Shown here piece after piece: positions 8,426 to 16,444 of a stretch of DNA of 24,810 nt. This DNA is from a virus. Taxonomy: Duplodnaviria > Caudoviricetes. Each line of letters starts with the position of its first letter. Within the stretch, counting starts at the first letter, position 1. The position numbers were made by a program, and so were the translations under genes. The DNA lies in IMG/VR virus record IMGVR_UViG_3300025723_000164, positions 1 to 24,810 of that record, one strand, 5' to 3'. The notes under the pieces were generated by a model, which searched no databases, was not told the DNA's origin, and was given only the letters and a program-made list of their open reading frames with translations.

Positions 8426-9401
8426 CCTTCAGAATTTTTGTTTTTTTAATTTTATTAATGAAATTAAATGATTTAACCAATATTGATGCTGTATAATAAC
8501 TAAAGAACAAAAAGAACCAAATAGTACCCACAGTAATCAAACCATGTTTGCGTTGTGTCTTAGCAACTCTAGGTAACATATCAACAATCCTACAAATAGG
8601 ACGACCAATGTTCATTAAAATACGACCCATTGTATTATCTTTTTCAACAGCACCCATTAGATACGCCATGTGTTGTGACCATGGTTGACCAATCTTATTA
8701 GCCATATCAATCATGGCTTTCTGTTGTGCTTTCTGACGTTCTTCTTTATTTTTAATCCAAACCATAAAATCAGGACCCTTGCCTTCCATCCACGATGTAA
8801 CAATACGGGCCCAACGAATATAGCCACGATAGATATTCTTATCTGTTTGGCGTAACATCTGACCATATGCCTGATCTGCTGCCCATACATTGTGACTCAT
8901 CATGCCAAGGTCAAACAATTTAGCACAAACAATCTTAGAACAGTTACAAGCACAATTACAGTTATATGAAGTTAGGTTCGTTGTACAGTTGTAGGTTACA
9001 CCATTAGTAGTACAGTTATAAGAACAAGCACAATTACAATTTGATTGTAAGTACGCTTTAGCATCACAGTTTGCACAATTGACAGCATTACAGTTTGCAC
9101 AGTTTGAACAATCGGATGGACCAGCAATAGTACAATTGTTACATTGAATATTTCCACAGTTACAATTGGTAGTACAATTTCCGTTACCTCCTCCTGAGGT
9201 TCCACAGTTTCCGTTGTTACAATTACCTAGTGCATTACTTTGAAAATAAGCCTGGCCATAAAATTCAGCTAAGTTGGGTGGTGTTGCTGGATTTTTCATA
9301 AATCCATTAAGAAAACTCAATGAAGCCGAATAGGTTGTTCCTAAACCCAGTTCAGCGGTTACATCGGAAATGCCAATTGGTCCTGATGATTGTATGGTCA
9401 T
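8418..9401 (-). CDS. Cys/Asn-rich repeat protein, candidate substrate of the adjacent radical SAM enzyme
   Basis: N-terminus MTIQSSGPIGISDVTAELG resembles phage virion/fibre N-termini. Residues 61-154 hold 21 Cys. A helical domain begins at KIVC, followed by a hydrophobic segment and basic tail. Confidence 0.75.
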   Translation of the reverse strand: MTIQSSGPIGISDVTAELGLGTTYSASLSFLNGFMKNPATPPNLAEFYGQAYFQSNALGNCNNGNCGTSGGGNGNCTTNCNCGNIQCNNCTIAGPSDCSNCANCNAVNCANCDAKAYLQSNCNCACSYNCTTNGVTYNCTTNLTSYNCNCACNCSKIVCAKLFDLGMMSHNVWAADQAYGQMLRQTDKNIYRGYIRWARIVTSWMEGKGPDFMVWIKNKEERQKAQQKAMIDMANKIGQPWSQHMAYLMGAVEKDNTMGRILMNIGRPICRIVDMLPRVAKTQRKHGLITVGTIWFFLFFSYYTASILVKSFNFINKIKKTKILKDA

Positions 9402-9429
9402 AGTTTACTCGTTAATTTATTGTTATCAG

Positions 9430-9437
9430 TATTTATG
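9430..9437 (-). promoter_or_regulatory. T4-type late-promoter-like motif upstream of the Cys-rich gene
   Basis: CATAAATA in the 37-bp gap between the radical SAM stop and the Cys-rich gene start (T4 consensus TATAAATA). Confidence 0.55.
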
Positions 9438-9438
9438 T

Positions 9439-10881
9439 TCATTTTACCCACGATTGTCCGTAGACCTCAACACCTTCAATATTGCCAGAGAGTTCACTAA
9501 TCACTTTGATTGGAATGATCTTTCTTACAGTTTTCTCTTTATGTTCATAAATTGTACCCCAAATATCTTGGCGCTCAGTCGGTAAAGCATCATTTTTAAT
9601 GAGGGTTGGAATGTAACCAGTCATCTTCTCTAATGCAATAGCGAACAAGGAAATGTTATCCGAATATGAATTGGCACAAGAAATATCCCAAAACTTCTTG
9701 TCTAAAAACATACAAGCACCTTTACATAGATGCAACACTGGACAAGAACCACATTCTTTACGATTGCTCCAATGTGTAGAAGTTTTGATTTCAACGGCAT
9801 CAAAATCATTAAGGTTACCACCCAAATGAGATTCACCATTCTTGGATGTTTCTAATGAGCTGACATTTTGACAAGTCATTACATTACCTCTAAGGTCTAC
9901 CGCTAATACATGCTCATCATCCATTCCACACTTCTGACCTAGATACTTTGAGTTTGAATGTGATAATACTGATTGTAAGAACCCATCAATTTTACCTTGA
10001 ATTCCAACAAATCCCATTTTACCATTAGTAGCATATAAATCAGAAAAAGCTGTTCTGCGATATTCAAAATGTTCCTGTAATGATTGTAAAGAGTTTGTGA
10101 TACCATCTTCATCATAAGCGTCTACAATACCACCCTCACCCAGCTTAACATTAACATCACCCGTTAAATTTACAAACCATTCAAAGATTTCTTTACGAGA
10201 TTTGTTTTTACTATTCATCATTGGGTTAAAAGAAATACCTTTTTTCAACCGACTCATCATACGATAGAAACCAAGAATAGTTTTTTTCTTTACTGGATCA
10301 TCAAATGGATCAGGACCACGGACTGATTGTCCAGGACCATCATGTGAGATTGATACGGAAAAATTATACTTCATTAACCAATCACAAATTTCATCGGTGA
10401 GTATAGAACCATTGGTAATCATAGAGAATTGTGGTAGACGATCCCAATGTTGGAACTTATCTACAATGGCTTCAGCCAAAGGCTTCATAGTCTTCCAATA
10501 CACTAAAGGTTCGCCACCCCAAAACTCAATCTTTAATCCTTTTTCAGCAGAGAACTCTAGATTATTCAACATCTCCATGAAAGCATCAATATCTTTCTTA
10601 GAAGTTTCTGGTGCTCGTTCAACAAATTTCTGTGAACAATAATCACAAGAGTAATTACAACTTAAACCCATTTGAATTTTGAGAAGCTGAACTTCCCTAG
10701 ATTTCTTTAGAGGACGATCCTTATCGAATGATTTATATTCGGTCAATTGATGGTCATGAATCGAACCTTCGGGAAATTCATATACAATTCCATCTTCACT
10801 TTTTAAGAAGTTGGTTTCATTATCATAATAGAAGATTTTTTTATCTTCAGCACTGCGCTCACTATGTATCTCAAAAATCAT
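9439..10881 (-). CDS. Radical SAM/SPASM-domain maturase
   Basis: CNYSCDYC (CxxxCxxC), FWGGEPL, ITNGS and SISHDG. The C-terminal C-X13-G-X4-C...C-X2-C-X5-C-X3-C-X11-C is a complete 7-Cys SPASM motif. Confidence 0.93.
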   Translation of the reverse strand: MIFEIHSERSAEDKKIFYYDNETNFLKSEDGIVYEFPEGSIHDHQLTEYKSFDKDRPLKKSREVQLLKIQMGLSCNYSCDYCSQKFVERAPETSKKDIDAFMEMLNNLEFSAEKGLKIEFWGGEPLVYWKTMKPLAEAIVDKFQHWDRLPQFSMITNGSILTDEICDWLMKYNFSVSISHDGPGQSVRGPDPFDDPVKKKTILGFYRMMSRLKKGISFNPMMNSKNKSRKEIFEWFVNLTGDVNVKLGEGGIVDAYDEDGITNSLQSLQEHFEYRRTAFSDLYATNGKMGFVGIQGKIDGFLQSVLSHSNSKYLGQKCGMDDEHVLAVDLRGNVMTCQNVSSLETSKNGESHLGGNLNDFDAVEIKTSTHWSNRKECGSCPVLHLCKGACMFLDKKFWDISCANSYSDNISLFAIALEKMTGYIPTLIKNDALPTERQDIWGTIYEHKEKTVRKIIPIKVISELSGNIEGVEVYGQSWVK

Positions 10882-10892
10882 TTGTATTCTCT

Positions 10893-11663
10893 CTATTGTT
10901 TATCTTCAATTTTCAATTTGGCTAAAATATATTCTTTAACTAAGCTACTACGAACAATATCATCAGCAGTAAATTCGATCTTGGTAAATGCGTTCATGTG
11001 CATAGCAATATCAAAGAACTTTAAAATACCACTCATATCATTCTTACGTTTATTTAAATCTGTCTGGCGATAATCACCACACCACAAAATCTTTGAACGG
11101 TAACCAACACGGGTCATAACTGTATCAATTTCCTCAAATGTCAAGTTTTGCATTTCATCAACAATAATAATGGCATCATCAAATGACATACCACGAATAA
11201 ATGAGGTAGAAATAAACTCAATATAACCTTGTTCAGCCAACCTTTGATAAGCATCTTTTCTATCAAATAAAGTATGACAAATTTGTTGGTAAGGTTGCTG
11301 AAAGATTTCCATCTTCTCATTAACATCACCAGGTAAATGGCCAATATCTCTTGACTGTACGGCAGAACGTACAATGATAATCTTATTAAAAGGATTAGAT
11401 TTATCCAATACTTCTTCTAATGCTTTATACAAAGCACAGAATGTTTTACCTGTACCCGCTACACCATGTAATGCAACAAAGTAATCACCTTGTTTATAAG
11501 CATCAAAGAATTTCTTTTGATTTTCTGTTAACGGTTGAAACGTTTTTAAATCATCAATTCTAACTTTTAAAGCATGTGTATGTTGTAACTGTCTTGGATC
11601 TTTTGATTCTTTCTCATGTGGATTATATTGAACTTCTGGTACAATCTTCTTTCTAGCTACCAT
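10893..11663 (-). CDS. phoH: PhoH-family ATPase
   Basis: PLTENQ, GVAGTGKT, GHLPGD, FIRGMSFD, IVDEMQN, GDYRQTDL and DIVRSSLVKEYI. Confidence 0.95.
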   Translation of the reverse strand: MVARKKIVPEVQYNPHEKESKDPRQLQHTHALKVRIDDLKTFQPLTENQKKFFDAYKQGDYFVALHGVAGTGKTFCALYKALEEVLDKSNPFNKIIIVRSAVQSRDIGHLPGDVNEKMEIFQQPYQQICHTLFDRKDAYQRLAEQGYIEFISTSFIRGMSFDDAIIIVDEMQNLTFEEIDTVMTRVGYRSKILWCGDYRQTDLNKRKNDMSGILKFFDIAMHMNAFTKIEFTADDIVRSSLVKEYILAKLKIEDKQ

Positions 11664-11693
11664 GTGGATCCTTGAGTTGTTATTGTTATTGTA

Positions 11694-11975
11694 TTACCAC
11701 TCTCTTGGGGCTTTATGTTTATGCCCCGCTTTGATTGTATTCTGACCGACTTGTTCTTTCATTCGGCCAATTACATACTTCTCAAATGTTGAATCTGCTT
11801 TACCCATTCCCGGAACAGATAACCGAGTACCATCAGAATAAACTGGAAAGTTCTCGGCAAAAATGTGCATTTCTAAATGTGGATTGTCTAACTTGAATTG
11901 ATCTAGCACAGTATAGGACATACGGTGTTCTTCACGTTCACCTGTTTCTTTATTTACAAAATCATACGATGGCAT
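11694..11975 (-). CDS. Conserved T4-like phage hypothetical protein
   Basis: MPSYDFVNKETGE...F..DNPHL pattern, a small protein type commonly found next to phoH. Confidence 0.65.
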   Translation of the reverse strand: MPSYDFVNKETGEREEHRMSYTVLDQFKLDNPHLEMHIFAENFPVYSDGTRLSVPGMGKADSTFEKYVIGRMKEQVGQNTIKAGHKHKAPREW

Positions 11976-12525
11976 GGTACCACTCCGGTTGTTTACGAGA
12001 ATTTACTTTACCCTTCCAGCTGGCAAGGTGTGTTTTATTATTTATATAGTAATTACGATAGGAAGTAATGGAGTCGCCGGGGACTATTAATTCCGGTGGC
12101 ATGGCAGGAGTTGGTTCAGTAAAATTTGAAGTGTAATTAATGTTTGTTGGTGTAATTTGTAACACATTAACTAATCCATCTCTCTCACACTTATGTACCT
12201 TACCATAACGATAGGTATATTCTTTACATAGAGCGACCAATAGTTTGTGTAACCAATGATAATTCATTGCAGATTTTCTTACCCAGACGGCTGAAGGGTG
12301 ATTAGCATGAGTAGCAGAATAAAGGATAGATTCACGGTTATCAGGAAGAACATATCGAGTTTGTTTTCGACCAGTTTTACTGAGGCCAACAGATTGATTA
12401 CCGTCAATAATACGATGAGCAGTAGAAAGTAATTGAGCATATTCAAGTATCATTTTTATCGAATGTTTATCAACGTGCATTTCGGCACACAATTTTGGAT
12501 CGTTTGCAAGGTAAAATATATTCAT
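11962..12525 (-). CDS. Pyrimidine-dimer DNA glycosylase (DenV)-related protein
   Basis: MNIFYL..DP..CA..HVDKH..KMILEYAQLLSTAH, THANHPSAVWVR, EYTYRYGKVH and AMP...SYRNYY. The likely start is MNIFY at 12525. Confidence 0.7.
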   Translation of the reverse strand: MNIFYLANDPKLCAEMHVDKHSIKMILEYAQLLSTAHRIIDGNQSVGLSKTGRKQTRYVLPDNRESILYSATHANHPSAVWVRKSAMNYHWLHKLLVALCKEYTYRYGKVHKCERDGLVNVLQITPTNINYTSNFTEPTPAMPPELIVPGDSITSYRNYYINNKTHLASWKGKVNSRKQPEWYHAIV

Positions 12526-12531
12526 AATAAT

Positions 12532-12560
12532 AGTATAACACAATCAAGTTAATAAATCAA
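12532..12560 (-). promoter_or_regulatory. Sigma70-type promoter, probably giving a leaderless mRNA
   Basis: TTGATT-N17-TATACT with an extended -10 TG; only 6 nt separate the -10 from the ATG at 12525. Confidence 0.6.
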
Positions 12561-13870
12561 TACTTCCAATCCTTACAATATCCAAATTTCTTCAACTTTG
12601 CCAAACCTTTTTCACATTTTTCACCGATATCAGTACGATATTGTGGATCATTACCAAGTTTAACTTTCTTAACATTGGCATATGCTTCATCTTTAGCTTC
12701 GGAGATTGTATTTCCACAACCAGTCAATACTACAATGTATGTACCTGCAGTACCAAGTTCTGGTACATTCTCACAGAGTTCACCATCGATCATTTTAACG
12801 GTCTTGGAGAGTTTCATTTCACAAGGATGTAGATGCTTATGGTCAATATCGTCCGTGAGTACTGGGAAGTCTAGGTATTCTTCCTCATCTTTTTTGTTGA
12901 ATGGGAAGTCTGAATTAGCCATAACAACACCAACACAGGTTTCAAATTCAACTTCAAGAGTATTCTTGCCTTTGATACAGTCAAGCATCCATTCGGCAGG
13001 ATCTTCATTTATCATAAGTGGTTGCATAATATTCCACATTGGATAACCTGGACGTGCGGTCCACTCCATAGGCCAAGGCGTACCATCTTTTTCATCAATG
13101 ATACAGTTCATGTCGAGCATACCAACGTAACCAATCTTGTGTAATTCTTTTTCCATTGGTTTCATAAGAATGTCAGCAATCTTGGATTCTTTAGTGTAAC
13201 GAGTAACAGTACCCATTTCACCTGTATTCACACCAAGGTCACCATTCATCTGTTTCTTGAATTCCCAACCTTCACACCAGAAAGGCATCCAACCGGCAGG
13301 ACCGAATATACCAGTACAAGCAATTTCGGTACCGGCTTTGAATTCTTGGAGAATGAAGTAAGGAGAACCCTTACCTTTTTCTTTACGTTTTGTCAAGAAA
13401 CCAATTAAGTCGGCTTCATCTTTAGCAACGTATGAAAGAGATTTATCTTCTTCTTCACCGCAAGGTTTACAAACATAACGCTTTGGGTTCTCTTTAACGA
13501 ACTTAATAGCTTGATCATAATTTTTAAATTCGTGTGAAGGAATGATTGGACCACCAAATGCCTTGATAACATCTTGACCGTACATACGGTCTAATTCTAA
13601 TTTAGCGGCATTTTTACCTGGTCCGAATACTGGATAACCTTGTTTGATTAAATCTTGGATATCATCCATAAACTCAAGATTATCAGAACTAAAGATTAGA
13701 TCAGCAACTTTGACGTATTGTTTCCAATTAGTAACCTTATCGATCAATCCTTGGCCAATATGGGAAGCTCTTGAACCTTTGGTATAAAGTTTTACTGTAT
13801 GTCCAGCTGCAACACAGCGTAAACACCAATCTAATGTGAGACCTGATGGGTCAATTACAAGTATAAACAT
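12557..13870 (-). CDS. ATP-grasp ligase, phosphoribosylamine-glycine ligase (PurD)-like
   Basis: PVFGP...AAKLE, YVCKP, FILQEF..G.E, GDLGVNTGEMG (PurD has GDxGPNTGGMG), EWTARPG.P and QYRTDIG. It lacks the PurD N-terminal GxGGRE motif. Confidence 0.8.
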   Translation of the reverse strand: MFILVIDPSGLTLDWCLRCVAAGHTVKLYTKGSRASHIGQGLIDKVTNWKQYVKVADLIFSSDNLEFMDDIQDLIKQGYPVFGPGKNAAKLELDRMYGQDVIKAFGGPIIPSHEFKNYDQAIKFVKENPKRYVCKPCGEEEDKSLSYVAKDEADLIGFLTKRKEKGKGSPYFILQEFKAGTEIACTGIFGPAGWMPFWCEGWEFKKQMNGDLGVNTGEMGTVTRYTKESKIADILMKPMEKELHKIGYVGMLDMNCIIDEKDGTPWPMEWTARPGYPMWNIMQPLMINEDPAEWMLDCIKGKNTLEVEFETCVGVVMANSDFPFNKKDEEEYLDFPVLTDDIDHKHLHPCEMKLSKTVKMIDGELCENVPELGTAGTYIVVLTGCGNTISEAKDEAYANVKKVKLGNDPQYRTDIGEKCEKGLAKLKKFGYCKDWKY

Positions 13871-13903
13871 GGGATTCCTATGAAAGGTTAAAGATTATCC
13901 CTT

Positions 13904-13910
13904 TATTTAT
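13904..13910 (-). promoter_or_regulatory. Late-promoter-like motif upstream of the ATP-grasp gene
   Basis: ATAAATA about 34 nt upstream of the ATG. Confidence 0.45.
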
Positions 13911-14167
13911 TCTTTTGGGATCGGAGTTCCAGTAAATAGATTCTCTGTGAACTCATCCAATTCATCTGCATCAAGGTTATCAAAATTAACTTCTCTACCT
14001 AAACTTAGAATTGTTTCATCGGAAAGATATCCGCATCCAAGTAGAAACTGTGTTGCATTTGTTAAAATTTCATACAAATCTTCAGTTTCAAACTCACGGA
14101 CAGTTTTAGATGGGCCAGACCCAAAAGGAATGGCCTCATCTTCACAGATTAATTTAAAACGACTCAC
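13907..14167 (-). CDS. Hypothetical acidic protein
   Basis: 86-aa ORF coupled to the upstream gene by a 4-bp overlap. Confidence 0.65.
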   Translation of the reverse strand: MSRFKLICEDEAIPFGSGPSKTVREFETEDLYEILTNATQFLLGCGYLSDETILSLGREVNFDNLDADELDEFTENLFTGTPIPKE

Positions 14168-14475
14168 AAAGTTGGGATTGTAATTGGTGCTTTTTCTTTG
14201 GTAACACCAGAAGAAACACGGCCATTAACTTTGGCAACGTCATCAGCTGATACAGTTTGCATAGCAAATTGCTTAAACATAGAATAAGAATCACGAACCT
14301 TCATTGTACGTTTACCACCAACAGCGGCACCGTCAGCAAAGAACAAATCGCAACCATCATCAGCAACTCGGTTACCAACTAACTTCTGTTTAGGAGCAAT
14401 TTCCAATAATGAATCCAGATTGATAATAACATTACAATTCTTTTCCAAATCAAATACCTCGACAAAAAGTGACAT
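14164..14475 (-). CDS. Hypothetical protein
   Basis: The likely start is MSLFVEV at 14475 with an AAGGA RBS, downstream of the promoter at 14551-14580. Confidence 0.7.
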   Translation of the reverse strand: MSLFVEVFDLEKNCNVIINLDSLLEIAPKQKLVGNRVADDGCDLFFADGAAVGGKRTMKVRDSYSMFKQFAMQTVSADDVAKVNGRVSSGVTKEKAPITIPTL

Positions 14476-14550
14476 TTTATTTCCTTTATTAAAATTATAT
14501 AAATAAATGCAGGTCACGATGCGATAACATCTACCCACTCTATGTTTAAC

Positions 14551-14580
14551 ACTATAACACAAGAACACAGCTTATGTCAA
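14551..14580 (-). promoter_or_regulatory. Sigma70-type promoter
   Basis: TTGACA-N18-TATAGT with an extended -10 TG. Confidence 0.6.
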
Positions 14581-14695
14581 GTATATATACAACAAATTTT
14601 TACAACTGTGCTAAAGATGCTGCCCTCATTTTAAATATTAAAATACCTCAATTACAAAAATATTGTAGAAATAATTTATTAGGATGGAAGTACCT

Positions 14696-14869
14696 CTAAG
14701 GTTGTTTTACTTCTCCTTTAGGTTCACGAATTTTTGCCAATTTGGCGTTTTTTTCAGCAATTTCTGCTTGTATCATCATACCCTTCCAATGGCCACGTTT
14801 TGATGTGGATAACGTTGCAAGAATACGCTTTGACTCTTTACTTAGGCTAAAATCTTTATTTGTTTTCAT
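14696..14869 (-). CDS. Small basic hypothetical protein (57 aa, MKTNKDFSLSKESKR...)
   Basis: Read manually; ATGA overlap with the upstream gene. Confidence 0.6.
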   Translation of the reverse strand: MKTNKDFSLSKESKRILATLSTSKRGHWKGMMIQAEIAEKNAKLAKIREPKGEVKQP

Positions 14870-15108
14870 TTCTTATCACAATCTTCCACTTTAATTAAAT
14901 ATACGGTACTTCCACTATAAGGCCTTACAAAATAACATTCCCCTTTATTGGACCATAATAAATGGTTCTGAATAGAACCCTTAAATACTCCCAAATCTGG
15001 TGGGTTAATAAAATTAACATATTGATTATAAGCAAAAAAAGCAATAATCAAACCACCAATAATAATAACAAAGTGCTTCTTTAAAAACTCAATTGATTTA
15101 GAAAACAT
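14866..15108 (-). CDS. Hypothetical membrane-anchored protein
   Basis: N-terminal TM segment (FVIIIGGLIIAFFAY) and two Cys in the soluble part. Confidence 0.65.
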   Translation of the reverse strand: MFSKSIEFLKKHFVIIIGGLIIAFFAYNQYVNFINPPDLGVFKGSIQNHLLWSNKGECYFVRPYSGSTVYLIKVEDCDKK

Positions 15109-15337
15109 TCAATATACCTTTCGAATAAAGAACATAGAGTATAACACAAAATACAGTTACAGTCAATAGTCCAATGGTAAACTTAACAGATTGTTCACGG
15201 AAATGTTCCACTTCCAATTGTCGCATATCCCTTTGTGCCTCTAACATATAATTGTCTGGATCATTCATCATTCTGATGGTTTCCTCGGCCATAGCCAATG
15301 ATTTTCTGGCATTATAATAATCAATATAGGGTATCAT
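15098..15337 (-). CDS. Hypothetical membrane protein
   Basis: C-terminal hydrophobic helix; overlaps its neighbours. Confidence 0.65.
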   Translation of the reverse strand: MIPYIDYYNARKSLAMAEETIRMMNDPDNYMLEAQRDMRQLEVEHFREQSVKFTIGLLTVTVFCVILYVLYSKGILNVF

Positions 15338-15600
15338 GATATTTGGGTAACAATATATTTACTAAAGTTTTTATCTTCTTTTCCCCCAAAGAGGCGTTCT
15401 CTGAGTTTACCAAACAAGCTGTTGTTATTAACTGCCACTACAACAACATGTTCCAATAGTTCCTCGGCTTCCTTCTGTGAAAGATATCCTTGTTCACACA
15501 GATACTCAATGGTACAATGTGACATATTTGTTAATCGTGCCTGATATTCTTCAGGTGATACTGTAATGGTTGTAACTGTATAACTCATAATTAATCCCAA
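15334..15600 (-). CDS. Hypothetical protein
   Basis: 88-aa ORF in the operon; the start may be MSYTV at 15588. Confidence 0.6.
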   Translation of the reverse strand: MGLIMSYTVTTITVSPEEYQARLTNMSHCTIEYLCEQGYLSQKEAEELLEHVVVVAVNNNSLFGKLRERLFGGKEDKNFSKYIVTQIS

Positions 15601-16217
15601 AGTGCCTGATAATAGGCTCCAAATAATCTAAATCCATTCTCTCTACGCTTTTGATGTGCTTTTAATCCAACCAAATCCACTTTCAATTTACTTTTACCTG
15701 CAGTCATATCATCTAGCCATTTATGTGACTTCTTATCATCATCATACGCAGAGTGATCAAAGAATTTACCTTCATCATCATCAGTAATTTTCTGTTCAAA
15801 AGCCCAAATCATTTCATCAAGAATATAATCCCATCTTTCAAAATGAAACTCATCGGTGTCCCACTCATTTTCTTTGGGTTTAGCTGATGTACTTCTTATT
15901 GCTTTTGGTACGTCTTTATCATTCGTAAATGGTGCGCCGTGTTTATCTTTCTTCAATTGTTTGAGCATCGGTAGAATAATGTGAGCTAAGGTATGATCCA
16001 TTGACCAAGTATCATATCGATCAATCTTCACATAATCAAAACGAGGATAAACAACCTCATGTACCTTCTGATAGGCTTTACAGAATGGTTCGAGTATACT
16101 AGATAACTTCTCAATCAATGGTTCATCATAATCAATCTCACGCCAGAAGAATATCTTTCCTAAAATAGTATACGGAGAAAGCCAGCTATTTCTGTAACCA
16201 CTTAACCATACTTTCAT
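15591..16217 (-). CDS. Conserved phage hypothetical protein
   Basis: DTWSMDHTLAHIILPMLKQLK...WDYILDEMIWAF...GFRLFGAYYQALWD, a recurrent phage protein pattern. Confidence 0.75.
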   Translation of the reverse strand: MKVWLSGYRNSWLSPYTILGKIFFWREIDYDEPLIEKLSSILEPFCKAYQKVHEVVYPRFDYVKIDRYDTWSMDHTLAHIILPMLKQLKKDKHGAPFTNDKDVPKAIRSTSAKPKENEWDTDEFHFERWDYILDEMIWAFEQKITDDDEGKFFDHSAYDDDKKSHKWLDDMTAGKSKLKVDLVGLKAHQKRRENGFRLFGAYYQALWD

Positions 16218-16444
16218 TATTTTCTACCCAGAAAACTTGCAATGATGACAGCAATTGCTGCAGCAATCACTAAAAATAAAACGACTACAGCTAACCCAAT
16301 CCATAAAGGTGATGTTACCCACCACCAAGACCAATCGATATATCCGGTCAATTTTAAGGCAACAAATAAAACGGTTAGTAGGCCAGAAAATCCAATACCA
16401 CTACTTCCACTACTTGATGAACTACTCACATTATTAGTACTCAT
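16217..16444 (-). CDS. Small two-TM membrane protein
   Basis: GIGFSGLLTVLFVALKLTGYIDWSWWWVTSPLWI, a widespread small phage membrane protein motif. Confidence 0.8.
   Translation of the reverse strand: MSTNNVSSSSSSGSSGIGFSGLLTVLFVALKLTGYIDWSWWWVTSPLWIGLAVVVLFLVIAAAIAVIIASFLGRK

Noticed and set aside
9439-10881. Anaerobic sulfatase maturase or a QueE/NrdG-type enzyme
   Set aside because: There is no sulfatase, que or nrdD gene in the window, and QueE/NrdG lack SPASM. The adjacent Cys-rich ORF is the better candidate substrate.
12557-13870. Assigning the gene symbol purD
   Set aside because: Substrate-binding motifs diverge and there is no pur context, so only the fold is supported.
14498-14505. 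Perfect TATAAATA on the + strand
   Set aside because: No + strand gene follows, and it lies in a very AT-rich leader where a chance match is likely.
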